64,000 bases of DNA, from assembly GCF_006345805.1 (NCBI RefSeq), contig NC_043003.1:106516001-106580000 (forward strand), read 5' to 3'. This DNA is from Octopus sinensis. Lineage: Eukaryota. The notes below the pieces were generated by a model that was not told the origin of the DNA, did not search any database, and saw only the letters and a list, made by a program, of their open reading frames with translations. Numbering within the stretch: position 1 is the first letter of the stretch; every line of letters begins with the position of its first letter. Position numbers and translations under genes: made by a program. This document shows positions 24,435 to 38,148 of this stretch, in pieces.

Positions 24435-27400
24435 TCTACATTCAAAGTTCATACGTACGTGATTTATTTTGACAGTCATTACAAATAAGTGTACTTATAA
24501 TGTCATTAGAAAACTAAGTGAGAAGAAAGAAGTGGATCAGTAGAACATAATTAACAGTTTGGAGGAGGCTGGTTAGTGGCGAAGAAAGCAGCAGACAAAC
24601 TAATTTGGTCACAAGATTTGATTTGTAACTATTTTTTGACAGTTTTACACTTTGATTAATTATTAAATCTTTGAATACTGATAAAACAACTGAAATTCTT
24701 GACATTCAAATATGAAATGACATTTGTTTGATTTGCGAGATCAATAGTTCTCAAAACAGCAGATACAAACCGTAACCCTTCCACACCAAAATATCACTGA
24801 AATGATTTGCACATCCAGCCATAGATATCATGCCAAGGCTGACAATGGAGTTCAACGCAGCCCTATGGCTCACTGGATCCAGTCGAACCATTCAACATGC
24901 AAGCATGGAAAACAGACATTAAATGGGATTCCAAATGGGGTCCACAATGGCCCTTGAGGATCCGTATTAAATTTTGTTGTCAAAATTTATTTTCTGCAAT
25001 AAATTGGTTACACTTTTATGATACACAAAATACTTCAATAATTCCTAATAATATGTAATTATAAAAATATAACAGGATTTTTTAAACATCGAACAGATGC
25101 AAAATAGGAATCAAAAAATGTCCATGGGTAGAAAATGGTTGAGAAACATTGCATTAAACAAAGATGAGGATGGTGATGGAAAAAGTGTGCATCCATACAA
25201 TTCTTCATCCTTCACCATGGTGTTTATCATCATCATCGTTTAACGTCCGCTTTCCATGCTAGCATGGGTTGGACTAATAAGTTTAAGAAGTTTAAAATAA
25301 TCATCATTTGCCTGGCCCCTGTTCAATCCCCACAGAAGTTATCCTGTATGAGAAACAATGTGCTAGTTCACACCAGGAGCTTTGTGCACAAAAAAGCCCT
25401 CACTCTTCAGGGAGAACAAAATCCTTAGATCCGAATGGAAAACCATCAAGCATTTCCAATGGAATTCTTCATTAATTCCATCAAATGTCTTTCAATAATT
25501 TGTTGTTGTTCAGTATCAGATTAGCCATGGTGAAGCTTAGCTCTGACCATTCCATCATTAGATTTATGCAGCGTATCCAAAATTACATAATCCAAAGAGT
25601 CTTTTTTAAGAGAGTAGTATATAATTAAGGGAAATCTGTTTCCTATTTTGGATGGGTGGATTGCCCATGTAGAGGCATGCCCCACACTCACATAAATTAG
25701 CATATTTAATGAAGCATGCATTAATAAGTAGAAAGGATACTTGGGCAATTTAAAAGATACAAAGACTTAAATGCATTATTAATTTATTCCATTTATCTAA
25801 TAGTTTGTGGGGAAGGAGTTAATTGGCTAGAATGGCTCTTCCATAATGTAATTGCTTCAGTTTCAACATTTGACCTTAGAACAAGTCCCTAACTAGACAA
25901 GTTTAACACTGGAAAAAGCATTTAAAAGAAAACCCCAGCTAGAAATAGTATGTGATGAGGAAAATAACCGATATTGTTTATAGACATGCAATGAATCAAA
26001 GTTTGTAGTTATAATCTAGGAATCAAACACATTTGGCAGCACAACTTGGCAATATGTCAATGGGTTACATAGAAATTCCTAAACCCAATGAATTACACAA
26101 CACATTATAATTTCTTTGACATATAATAAAAGTCAACTAGGTGTGGGCACCACACCTAGTTTTGTCTTCATATACATTGTAAACACAAGACATGGCCAGG
26201 CAACATTTGAACCGAGGCTGTTAAAATGTTGAGATGACATTTCTCTGAGAAACATTATTAATGGAAAAAAGAAAAAAAGAAATAAAACCAAAACAAGCAA
26301 TTAGCATTATATAATGCGAGAGTGGAAGCCAGAAGACATCAAATCAATTAAGCGGATAAAACTAGGAGTTACACCAACCTCATTAAAGTATGTTAACTCA
26401 TTGTTTCAGTTAACATACTTTAAAGAATTAAAGACATAAGCCAGAGTAATTCTAAGCTCTTTGCATATAATGAAAAAGAAAAAGAAGAGAGAGGATGAGT
26501 GTAAGAGAACCATTTTAAAGGAAATCTGTTGAGTATAAAACCTTCTTGATTCTATGAAACAAAATTAAGGAGGGGTGGGTACTGTTGTTTGCTTGAAGTA
26601 TTGTGATAAAGAAGAAGAATGATGAATGAAATGAAAAATAAGGTAAGCTTCCAACAATGCAGAAAGTTTTAAAAACTTTTATATTTTGGGTGCAAAGGAC
26701 CATCTTCAGAAGGATAGAGTCAAAGCAACATGTGTTTACATAGATCCTGCCATTTGGAAAGGAAATTCACTTGGAAAGAATAAAGGAAAAGTGGTTTATC
26801 TCTTCTTTATGAATAATTTAAAGCTCTGTGACAAAGACAAGTCAACCAGTCTTCAATACAAGCCTTAAGAAGATTTAGTAGCAACAAATGAGATGATACT
26901 CAGAACTGAAGAATATGCTCTGATGGAGATAGTGAAGGAAGATTGCAAAAGTTACTGAAATGTTTCTCTACCTGATGATAAGGATATGAAATTCATAAAT
27001 GTAGAAGAAACACATATGTAAGTTGGAATACTGCAAAGTGATAAAATCAAAATCATTATTAATGAAGGAAGCCTTCATTATTTACTGAATATGTTAAATA
27101 TCATACAAGTAATAAATTTTAAGGTAACATTTCTAATGGAGTATAGAGGAAGTGTGATTGTTTAGTGGCAAAAAGGGGAACAGAAATGTTTTGACATGAA
27201 AACAGGGAAGCAACTTCCAATGCACAGAAGCAAACCCCTCTCAATCAGTTAAGGGCCATTTGTAGTGGAAACAATCAGAAGGAAGATGAGGGTGGTAAAA
27301 TATCTGAAGATCTAGGTTCTATTCAGAGGAAAATGGTCATAAGGAAGGAATGAGTGAAGGACGATTTAGAGTTAAAAAGGGCACTGAAAGATACGCAAAT

Positions 27401-27569
27401 GTGATGGAAAAAAGTCAAATTTTGAAGGAAAGAAGCTTTAGATTGTGTTTCTCAAAAAGATAAAAAGAGATTAATGATAAGAAGGGCAGCTAACTCTGAT
27501 TAAAGAGATGAGTAAATTGGATTAGAAGAGAAGCAGAACTATTCATTCAAATGTAGAATGTGAGAAGAA

Positions 27570-27868
27570 TGTGGCTGTGTGGTCAGAGGTTTGCTTCCCA
27601 ACCGCATGGTTCCGGGTTCAGTCTCACTGCATGGCATCGGATCAACCAAAGCCTTGTGCATGGATGTGTGTGTGTGTCTCACCGCTGCTTGACAATCAGT
27701 GTCGGTGTGTTTACAACCCAGCCACTTAGTGGTTCAGCAAAAGAGACCAATAGAATAGATAGAAGGCTTAGGAAAAAAAAAGCACAATTCAGTTGACTAA
27801 AAATTCTTCAAGATGGTGCCCCAGCATGACCACAATCTAATGATTGAAACAAGTCAATGAAAGAAAGA
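27570..27868 (+). mobile_element. SINE A, diverged and internally deleted
   Basis: Homology to family A head and tail. Confidence 0.7.
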
Positions 27869-27904
27869 CTATAATTCCCATTATTTCAGAATACCCAGTT
27901 AACA

Positions 27905-28492
27905 AGGCGGCGAGCTTGCAGAATCGTTAACAGGCCGGGCGATATGCTTAGCGGTATTTCGTCTGCCATTACATTCTGAGTTCAAATTCCGCCGAGGTCG
28001 ACTTTGCCTTTCATCCTTTCGGGGTCGATTAAATAAGTACCAGTTATGCACTGGGGTCGATATAATTGACTTAATCTGTGTGTCTGTCCTTGTTCATCTC
28101 CTCTGTGTTTAGCCCCTTGTGGATAGTAAAGAAATGGATATTTTGGTTGTATTTACATTCTAAGTTCAAATTCTGCTGAGGTCGACTCTGCCTTTCATCC
28201 TTTCGGTGTCGATTAAATAAGTACCAGTTATGCACTGGGGTCGATATAATCGACTTAATCTGTGTGTCTGTCCTTGTTCATCCCCTCTGTGTTTAGCCCC
28301 TTGTGGGTAGTAAAGAAATGGATATTTTGGTTGTCTTTACATTCTAAGTTCAAATTCTGCTGAGGTCAACTTTGCCTTTCATCCTTTTGGGGTTGATAAA
28401 TTAAGTACCAGTTGTGTACTGGGGTCGATCTAATTCACTGCCCCTCCCACCTCCCCTAAAATATTGGGCATTGTGCCTAGAGTAGAAAAGAA
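27905..28492 (+). mobile_element. SINE B with tandem ~184-bp 3' units (3 units)
   Basis: One head followed by repeated GTTCAAATTC...GTAAAGAAATGG units. Confidence 0.85.
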
Positions 28493-29056
28493 TATCCAGT
28501 TAACTTGGGATTAATATATATAAAAACAAAAAAAACCTAGCTGCAATAATTCAATGGAGTTTTTACAAGAAGTTTGGTTTTGCATGAAGAGGGAAGAGCT
28601 TTGACCTTTTTGAGGAAACAGAAAAGTTCTTGAAAACAATAAAGTTAGGCTGCTATGGAACTTCTCTGAATAAACATAAAAGAGAATAGAACAGAAACAA
28701 GCCAGTTATTGCAGATGTTGATAAGAAAGTTTGTCTTGTAATTGACAGGAAATGTTCATTTGATGCCAGAATTAAGAAACAGTTAAGATATTATACAAAC
28801 TTGAAGAATGAAATTATCAAATTCTGGAACACAGAAGTTAATAAGGTCATGATTCTGCCAGTTGGAGCCTTGGGTACTGGTGAAAAATTTGAGAGTAAAC
28901 CATGCAAAACCAGATCTTAGTATGGGAGTGGAGACTTATTTACTTAGATCTACAAAAATTATCCAGGAAGTCCTTGATAGAAATAGCATAAAGAGCTTTT
29001 ATGAGATAAAACTACTTCTCATCCCAGACTGCAAGTCATGGTACAATGGGAAATAG

Positions 29057-29284
29057 AACCTTTTCGTTATTGTATCTATTTGGAGATGCTCTCTGTTTCT
29101 TTCAATTACTTTAAATATCACAAAGAATTTAGTAAAATAACTTAGTTATCATTCAGCTAGTGTTAGGAACATAAATTGTGACTAAGGTTTGGTGGAAGAT
29201 TTTAATTCAAAACTTAAGAAAACAAGACCTTTGTACTACAGAGGCTGAGGTGGTTTCAGCGAGGTTGGTAACAAAAGGGTTTAA
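29057..29284. mobile_element. MITE family 2, reverse orientation
   Basis: Reverse-complement homology to 22727-22955. Confidence 0.75.
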
Positions 29285-29311
29285 CGAGTGACAACTTCAA
29301 TACAGTATGCT

Positions 29312-29680
29312 GTCTTTTATCTTTTACTTGTTTAAGTCATTAGACTGTGGCCAAGCTGGGGCACTACCTTGAAGAAATTTAGTCAAACAAATTGACTGCT
29401 GTACTTATTTCTTTGTAAAGACTGGTACATATTCTATCAGTCTCTTTTGCTGAACTGCTAAGTTACAGGGATGTAAACACACCAACATCAGTTGTCAAGC
29501 AGTGGTGGTGGTGGGGAACACACACACACACACATATGTATGTATACAAATAATGGGCTTCTTTCAGTTTCTGTCTACCAAACCCACTCACAAGGCTTTG
29601 GCCAACCTGATGATGCTTACCTAGTGTGGGACTGAACCCAGAACCATACAGTTGGCAAGCAAACTTCTTACCACACCTGC
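29312..29680 (-). mobile_element. SINE A, diverged
   Basis: Reverse-complement homology to family A. Confidence 0.75.
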
Positions 29681-29881
29681 AGAATAATAATAACGATTTC
29701 CAAATTTTGCACAAGGCTAGAAATTTTAAGGAGTCAGTCAATTACACTGACCCCAGTGTGTAACCGGTACTTATTTTATTGACCTTGAAAGAATGAAAAG
29801 GTAAACTTCAGTAAAATTTGCACTCAGGATGTGAAGAGGCAGAAGGAATGCTGCCAACGATTCTGCTAGTTTACCACCTTA

Positions 29882-30258
29882 ATCGTGGCACTCCATCGGT
29901 TATGAAGACGAGGGTTCCAGTTGTTCCGATCAACGGAACATCCTGCTCGTGAAATTAACGTGCAAGTGGCTGAGCACTCTACAGACATGAGTACCCTTAA
30001 CATAGTTCTTGGGGATATTCAGTGTGACAAGGCTGGCTCCTTTGAAATACAGATACAACAGAAACAGGAAGAAAGAGTGAGAGAAAGTTGTGGTAAAAGA
30101 GTACAGCATGGTTTGCCTCCCCCCCCCTGCTGGAGTCTCGTGGAGTTTTAGCTGTTTTCATTCAATAAAAACTCACAATGCCCGGTCTGAGAATCGAAAC
30201 CATAATCCCATGACCGCAAGTCCGCTGCCCTAACCACTGAGCCATTGTACCTCCACAC
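29882..30258 (-). mobile_element. tRNA-derived SINE family D variant
   Basis: Head GTGGAGGTACAATGGCTCAGTGGTTAGGGCAGCGGAC shared with 36815; central CACAACTTTCTCTCACTCTTTC shared. Confidence 0.75.
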
Positions 30259-30554
30259 CACCTTAATAATGGCAACAACAATAATTCTTTCTACTATAGG
30301 CACAAGGTTTGAAACTTTGGGGGAGGTAGCTAATCAGTTACAACAACCACAGTGCCCAATCCTGAAAGTATGAAGAAGTTGAACTGGAAAACCAGAAGAA
30401 ATGCTGCCAAACATTTAGTCTAGTATGCTAACTCATCATCTAAATGGTAGGAATAATCATGCACGCGATTTAGGAGGGGGAGGGGCTCTGAAAGGGGTCT
30501 CAGGGAGTAGCGTCCCTACCTTCCTGAGCTAGTTTTCCACCACATTAAAAAACC

Positions 30555-30812
30555 GTGGTAGAGGCCTTGGTCTCGGGACCACTCATGTCTAGAAACTGAG
30601 GTTGGGGATAAGCAAGGGCATGCTCCCTGTAGAAAATCCCATTAAAAAAAAAAGCCTCATGATAGCAAGGGAGAATGGGCGCCAGCCAGCCTAAAGGCTG
30701 GGATAAGCTGCACCTGCCTGCCTCAGTTGCTATGGCATTGAGGTAGATCCGCCCCCACCACATTAATGGGGACAAAACCTGGATTTAAAACACTGGATGA
30801 TGATGATGATAA
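30555..30812 (+). mobile_element. Unclassified retroposon-like repeat ending in (GAT)n
   Basis: GC-richer block with GCAAGGGCATGCTCCCTGTAGAAAA and (GAT)n tail. Confidence 0.4.
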
Positions 30813-33800
30813 TGAACACACCTGTACGAACCACCCCTCCACCACACCTACCAAAATTAAAGGCATTCATTCGATTCAGCAAATTGCTATGTACAACTTT
30901 TCTTATTCTTCTAAGTGCATTTCTCAGGTTTCCTTTTTATTTCTGCTAATATCAATACTAAAAGACAGAAACAGCAAATTAAATTCCTCCAATGGAATCC
31001 CCACTTCTACAACTGATGCCATTAATTGCTTAATCTTCTTGCGAAACAAGCACAAAACTCCCTGTCCAAAACTACTTTGTTTTAGAATCCTCGTCTGTAT
31101 TAAGAAGAGAAGTGACTAACCTGCACCAATCCCAATGAAATACCAAAGTTGATGCCTCTCATTCTAGCCATATATTTTCATACTCAAGAGTCATGCACAT
31201 CACACTTTGTCACTTGAGAAATTTATGAGACAACCAGCTCCAATAAAGTTTTTCTTTTCCTTTTTTTTTGCTTCTTTCTTTTGTGACTATTTAAGAATAG
31301 ATGCATCTAATCAATGACAACATTTTAATATCCTATCTTGGGAATAGGTCTTGCAAAGACCTGTGAGCAAGTATAATCTGATCTACTCAACACCATTATG
31401 ATGCTAACCAAAATAAATCAAATATTCTCCAGCCACTGAAATTAATTAGCTGCTGCTATTCCTAATGTTGCAACAACTGTCTAAACCCGAAAGTGAATCT
31501 ATCTGAGATACCATTATATTGTCAGAATCAATCAGCCATATATGAAGAATTCTATATAAAGCATCAATAAACAAAGACTTATCAAAGAGGTAACCAATAT
31601 TTGCAGTAATTTCCATTGCTTTAGCTATCAGCAAGATGACCATCCAGTCTACTTCCATGATATAATGAAGCAGATGTTCCAATTTTCGGATTCTTAATAT
31701 AAAAAGAATCATGGATGAAAGACAGCTTGTTTTATTTGAAAAAAATTGCAAATACAAAGATTTGCAAACAAAGTTCTTTCTTATGTTCCCACCTGTTGCC
31801 TATTTTTAGTTAGCATATGGAATCATCTCAACGGAAACAGCACAAAACACTTGTAGGATTTGCAATGGAATTAAAACATTATAAAACATTCAAGATTAAC
31901 CAAGCTGTAAATGATAGTCATTGAAAGTTGGCAAAAAATTTGAGAATAAAATTCATTTAACAGAGATAGTTCTATCTTTGTTAAAGTTTTTTTTTTAAAG
32001 CTAATCTGTGACTATTGATTTCTTGACAGCCACACATTTACAGATTTAACAGCAGAGAGGAAATGATACAGCCTAAAAGTGGTGCTTTTTCCAAAAGATA
32101 TTAGCAACATTAATGAAGTTAATTGGCTGGAATTGGGGATCAAAATCAGGTTGCCAAATCAGCTTATTGGAACACCGTGCATTATTCTACTTATTTGGCA
32201 AATATTGCAGAATATTAATCTAAAATTTACTTTTATCTTGTACTCAACTTTCTAACCTCAAACAGTTGCAATCATTTGTACTGTTAGACACCACAACAAT
32301 CCTAATATATTTTAGAGGCAAAATGGTGTGAAGAGATTAATTTCAAATTCCTTTGCATTCATTCACTATTTACAACTGCTGCCATTAACAGCTCACAATG
32401 TCTCACCTTGTTGGGCTTCTGTTAGATCAAATAGTAAATTATCAATGTATTTTCCATTCTTAAAAGGATTGTTAATTGTAGTTAATCCAATTACTATGTT
32501 GAAATATTAATTTATCCCAGCAGTTCTTTGTCACAATTACTGATAATTTCCACAGTAGCTATGCAAACATTTATCTAATTATTGAAATATCAAGACACTT
32601 AATTCTTCAAATGATATTTTGGCACTAAAATCAAGAATAGGGAAGTACATTTTCTCCTTTGTAGTTTTAATCTATATTGTGATTCAATAATTGAAAAAAA
32701 AGTGTCATGTTCTTTGAAAATATTCACAGCAAAAGAAGACCAAAGAGGGAAATTCCAAAAATGGTAAAAGCACAATGTTTGACAGTGAACTATTTCGATG
32801 ACATGACAATGAGCTTGGCGCATTTAACCAATCCATGCCAGTATATGAAAAACAGATGTTAAAATGGGTTCTTTTCATTTTATTTCATTGGTTAGTCATT
32901 GGATTGCATATTATAATCCACACTAGAAGGATACGAGGGACAAGATAGAATCTGAACTTGGAAAGTAACCAAATACCACAACATATTTTTCCTGGTGCAC
33001 CACCAAATGTACCATTCTGCAACCACAATATATATATATATATATACCTATTTACTCATGTACAAGATGCACCCCTAATTTAATGTTAAACCTTGGTACA
33101 AATTTTTTCCCCTTCATGCTCAAACATGATATAAGCTTTGCCTTGTATATAAATTGTATCCCAGACTTTTCAATTAAAATCAAGTATAAAATAGTGCAAC
33201 ATGAGTAAAAGCAGTGTGTGCGTATGCGTGTGTGTGTGTGTGTTCATACATCCATCCTTCAAATATCAATTATATTGAGACATAAATACCCCTAAAAGTG
33301 TGATAAATAATATAAATATTCCAAGCATTTTTGAACCGAGGATTTAAAGTTGGATTCTTTCAATTATGTTAAAGAAGAAACAATATTTCTAATGTTTTGT
33401 GGTAATGAGTGTTGATTACTTTTCCTTGGGCAGTCGAGGGACTTGGCAATGACTGGAGGCACAAGTTGAATAGATTCCACAAGACACACAATGATAACTT
33501 ACAGGAGAAATCAAGTGTAAGTTAGTTAAGGAAGTGACAGAGACTGAAAAGGCATTGGCCAAAATATAGAGGGAAGACAAGTTGTCAGATGTTATATATA
33601 TATGGATGAATATGGATGCTGGAAGAAAGAGATTCTGTGAGATAGTGGAGACAGGTACATACCAGAGATAGACAAATGAAACTTTGGGAAGAGGTATTTA
33701 GATAAGAAGAAGAGCCTCAGAGAATAGATGAAGAAGAATCAAGACAAGCGGAGACGGTGTTATTGAAACAGATATTAACACATCAGTGATCTTTCATAAA

Positions 33801-34819
33801 CATACCATCACACAAACACACAATAAAATTAGTAGCAGTTTGAGCAGAAACGACTATTTGCTCTTCTGGTTTACCTAACTGAATAAAATGAGATTTGTGT
33901 GTATCTGCGCGTGTACACACACATGATAGATATATAGATAGGTAGCTAGATTTGTCATCACATTGCTAAAGATCTGGCCCACTCCCGATAACATTCCAGA
34001 TTAAAATAATTTTAATAACGATTTCTTGGCTTCCCATATCTTTAGTGAGCGAGCATCCACTTTTACTGTTAAGTTTACCAGCAGCAGGCGTTGCTGGGTA
34101 TTATTTCCCAGTTGTGTGTGTGTGTGTAAACAGACTCCACTCCTACATCACGGTTGAGTAATAAGCAGTCGGCAGGCATCCAGCTGTAAAAACAATTCTT
34201 CCAACAAATAAACCCCTCCCATCCACATTAAAAAAGAGAAAACATGAGGTAAATTTGATATATATATATATGTGTGTGTGTGTGTATGATGTATGTATAA
34301 ATCAAAATGATTCTACTGAGACCAACAACAGTCAATGAGAAAAATTACTATTCCACAAGATAAAAGTGTGTATTATCAAAATGAGTATTTTAAGAAGTGA
34401 AGCAGCAACATTTTTGACACACGGATCAAAATGTCAAGATAACTGAACTGAATGAGAAAATTATCTAGTTGCTACAATATTATTATTATTATTATTTGAG
34501 AGAAAGAAAACTAAAATATTTTGGATATTTTAATAGTAAGAAGAAAACAAAAATGATTTACAGAAATTTTTTAACAGAGATTCAGTGAGACAGAGGAGAC
34601 AGGTATACGTGGAAGCGAGAGACAGGTATACGTGGAAGCGAGAGACAAATGAAAGTTTGGAAAGAAGCAAAATGAATGGGACAAATGGCAGAGAAAAACG
34701 AAGAATTTGATGGGTGACTGATATGAAGAACTAAACAAACTCAAAAACTGCAGTGAGGTAGAAATATAGCAGAAGGAAGAGTGAGATGTTATTTCTTGAT
34801 ATCCAATCTGCTGAGAACA

Positions 34820-35121
34820 GATGATACTTGATGATGATGGTGGTGATGATGGTGATGATGATGGTGGTGGTGATGATGATGATGGTGGTGGTGGTGATGA
34901 TGGTGGTGGTGATGGTGATGATGATGGGGGTGATGGTGATGATGATGGTGGTGATGGTGATGATGATGGTGGTGATGGTGATGATGATGGTGATGATGAT
35001 GGTGGTAGTGATGATGATGATGATGGTGGTGATGATAATGATGGCGATGATGGTGATGATGATGATGGCGATGATGGTGATGATGATGATGGTGATGATG
35101 GTGATGATGGTGATGATGATG
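34820..35121. repeat. Compound (GAT)/(GGT) trinucleotide tract
   Basis: Direct; source of the poly-H, poly-D/G and poly-M/V ORFs. Confidence 0.95.
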
Positions 35122-35156
35122 CGTAGTTTCAGGTGACTTTGTTGGAATACAAACTT

Positions 35157-35479
35157 GAAGAGGAGTCAAATACCCCCAACAGCTAGGCCTGCATCTAGAG
35201 ACACGCATGTTTCAGGGTCTTTGCCCATCATCGGTCTAGAGTAGCAGAGGCCTGCTAGCTGAAGATATCTGTCTAGACCTCGTAAACATATATATGTATT
35301 TTCAGTGAAATTTATTCACTGATCACCTCACTGAAAATACATATATATATTTACGAAGTCTAGACAGATATCTTCAGCTAGCAGGCCTCTGCTACTCTAG
35401 ACCGATGATGGGCTAAGACCCTGAAACATGCGTGTCTCTAGATGCAGGCCTAGCTGTTGGGGGTATTTGTCTCCCCTTC
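35157..35479. mobile_element. Fold-back inverted repeat (~150-bp arms), probable PLE inverted terminal repeats
   Basis: 35157-35308 is the near-perfect reverse complement of 35328-35479; each arm carries an HHR motif. Confidence 0.8.
35396..35442 (+). ncRNA. Hammerhead-like motif, family 2 (mirror copy 35194-35240 on minus strand)
   Basis: UCUAGA-CCGAUGA-UGGG[CUAAGA]CCCU-GAA-ACAUGCGUGU-C-UCUAGA; GUC triplet; U4C core change. Confidence 0.6.
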
Positions 35480-35828
35480 GTAAATATATAAGGATACAGG
35501 AAATGTGTCAAGGCCGACAGGAAGCGTCGATGCTTCCTAGGGCTAAACAGCGGTGGTGTAATCCCCTACTGTCATGTTAAATTGACAGTATACAAACACT
35601 CTATCACCCCACCACCGTACATATCTCTATGAGATATTTAGAAATGTAATATTTCTGAAACTTGAAGAGTTTTCAGTCAATTATATGAACACCAGTAATT
35701 TGTTTGTTATTTTTTTTATTGTTCTCAAAAGATGAACGTCACACATGCTTCATGAGACTTGGAGCCAACTTGTACAAATGTAAAGCAAAAGTCAAACATA
35801 AAATAATAACATTAATAATAATAATAAT

Positions 35829-35928
35829 AGATAAGGAAGAAAGAAAAGTTGAGAGATATGACAGGTTAGCTTGGGAAGTTAAGCAGTTGTGGTCGATGAA
35901 AAAGGTAGCAGTAGTACCCATAATTGTC
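35829..35928 (+). mobile_element. Short R4/Dong fragment after (TAA)n
   Basis: DKEERKVERYDRLAWEVKQLWSMKKVAVVPII, near-identical to 20376-20473. Confidence 0.85.
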
Positions 35929-36077
35929 AAACCCAGGTTCGAAATTTCCCCAAGACACCTTGGAGAAGGCTGGAGAATATATCAGCCGAAACGTGTTAAC
36001 AACAATCAAGATGAGGACAAATATCCGTCAAATGTAAATAATGTACATAATTCATCATCTCTTAAATATAGAACTGA
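35929..36077 (+). mobile_element. Family-1 PLE terminal repeat with decayed HHR core
   Basis: Homology to 47883-48028; core reads CTTGGAGA. Confidence 0.8.
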
Positions 36078-36106
36078 AACATAGACATATATATATATAT
36101 ATATTC

Positions 36107-36255
36107 CTTGGCGTTAGGAAGGGCATCCAGCCGTAGAAACACTGCCAAATCTGACTGGGCCTGATGAAGCCTCCCAGCTTCACAGACCCCGGTTAAACCG
36201 TCCAACCCATGCTAGCATGGAAAACGGATGCTAAATGATGATGATGATGATGATG

Positions 36256-36256
<1 letters not shown>
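36107..36256 (+). mobile_element. Family C (RTE-tail) 3' fragment
   Basis: TGGCGTTAGGAAGGGCATCCAGCCGTAGAAAC...(GAT)n. Confidence 0.85.
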
Positions 36257-36316
<60 letters not shown>

Positions 36317-36814
36317 CGCACACACCATTTGTCTTTAACTGGACATTGTATGAAATTCTCTTTAGAAATCAGTAACCTTTGTGTGATAAAGACCATTTTC
36401 AATTTTCTTTTCAAATTTTCAGGTATACTTTGTGGCAACTTATCATTGCCAATTTGGTGGCATTATAACCTGTAAAAATGGGATTATTGCTCATGTTCTT
36501 GCACCCATATTCATGGAATTGGATAATTTGATGCAATTTAAACAGCCAACTCCCTGCCAATGCTGCAAGGATAATTTTATCTCGTGAACTCTGATGAGAT
36601 CTGATTGAGAATACTATGGAAGAGTTAATGGTCAACAAAATACTGGTCAAGTGGACAAAGAATTAAACAAGACCAACAGGTTAAGTCCAATACAATTTGG
36701 CATTTGGTTAATTTAGCTGAAGCACAAATCATCTTGTTTGCAGGCGAAGAGTCCACGGTTTAAGAGAGGTAAGGACACTGTGACATACAATTAAGCTAGT
36801 CTACTAATAAACAA

Positions 36815-37115
36815 GTGGAGGCACATGGCCTAGTGGTTAGAGCAGCGGACTCATGGTCGAAGGATTGCGGGTTCGAATCTCAGACCGGGCGATGTGTGTG
36901 TTTATGAGCGAAACACCTAAGTTCCACATGGCTCCAGCAGAAGGTAATGGCGAAACTTCTGCTGACTCTTTCACCACAACTTTCTCTCACTCTTTCCTTC
37001 TGCATCTTGCAGCTCACCTGCGACGGACCGGCGTCCCATCCAGGTGGGGAACCTATATGCCAAGAAACTGGGAAACCGGCCCTTATGAGCCAGGCATGGC
37101 TCGAGAAGGAACATA
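36815..37115 (+). mobile_element. tRNA-derived SINE family D
   Basis: A box TGGCCTAGTGGTTAG, B box GGTTCGAATCTC. Confidence 0.8.
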
Positions 37116-37719
37116 CTAATAAACAGGAAAACAGGTACAAATTTTTTGATCTCTTCATTTAACAAGCCAATGCAGGTAACTGCGTTTGGTTGCTATAGCT
37201 GCCAAATCTTTCCCAGTTCACAAAAAGATACATTGGTTGTGGTCCTACATATACAAAATCGATGGGATGGTCACAACAGGAATGTCTAACTCTAACAGGA
37301 GTTTATTTAGTGATAGGAAAAGTAAAAGACCAGTAAATAAGAAAATGGCTAATGCAGAAACACAAACGGTACAAATGGGTGGAGGCAAGGCTGTGGAGTT
37401 AAGAAGTGTGTGTGTGTGTGCATTTGTCATCCACTACTGCATGACAATTGGTGTTGGTTTGCTTATGTTCCCTTAACTTGGCAGACTGATATAATAAGTA
37501 CCAGATATAAAAATAAAAACTGGAGTCAATTTGTTTCATTAAACCTCTTCAATGTGGTGCTCCAGCATGACCGAAACTAGTAAAAGATAATAGGTTAGAC
37601 CATCCAGAGGCAAACAGACAAAGACAATGAGGAGGGGGGGGAATCAGTACAGGAACTTGGAACTGGATTCCAATTCTGACCATTTTCCTTCAGATTTCCT
37701 ATGACATTATGGGTACAGT

Positions 37720-37896
37720 GAATGCGTTTCGGTCAAATCAACCCCAGAACTTATTCGTTGTAAGCCTAGTACTTATTCCATCGGTCTCTTTTGCCAAACC
37801 ACTAAGTTAAAGGGACATAAACACACCAACATTGGCTGTCAAGCGATAGAGAGGGGACAAACACAGACACAAATACATACACACACACACACAAAC

Positions 37897-37927
<31 letters not shown>

Positions 37928-38089
37928 ATGGGTTTCTTTCAGTTTCCGTTTACCCAATCCACCCACAAGGCTTTGGTTGGCCCGAGTCTATGGTAGAAGA
38001 CACTTGCCCAAGGTGGCACGCAGTGGGACTGAACCTGGAACCATGTGGTTGGGAAGCAAGCTTCTTACTACACAGCCATGCCTACGTCT
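37720..38089 (-). mobile_element. SINE A
   Basis: Reverse-complement homology to family A. Confidence 0.85.
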
Positions 38090-38117
38090 ATTTAAATACT
38101 GAATGAGAGCAAGTATT

Positions 38118-38148
<31 letters not shown>

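Larger units (their letters stand above)
26500..29050 (+). mobile_element. Heavily decayed R4/Dong-clade LINE (RT plus REL endonuclease), interrupted by SINEs
   Basis: GKVVYLFFMNNLKLCDK (resembles HLLFMDDLKLY), SLPDDKDMK, GILQSDKIK, then after the SINEs VLENNKVRLLWNFS, NKPVI, PVGALGT in colinear order. Confidence 0.7.

Noticed and set aside
34789-35208. Poly-His and Asp/Gly-rich ORFs
   Set aside because: Trinucleotide microsatellite with no splice or start context
35620-35690. CTATGAGA...AGAAAT/ATTTCT-GAAAC motif
   Set aside because: Core too degenerate and stems I/III not supportable from one copy
36423-36590. Plus-strand acceptor followed by a ~54-codon Cys-containing frame
   Set aside because: No recognisable homology and no good donor
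36815-36890. tRNA gene
   Set aside because: tRNA-like head continues into a SINE body shared with 29882-30258; no clean acceptor stem or terminator
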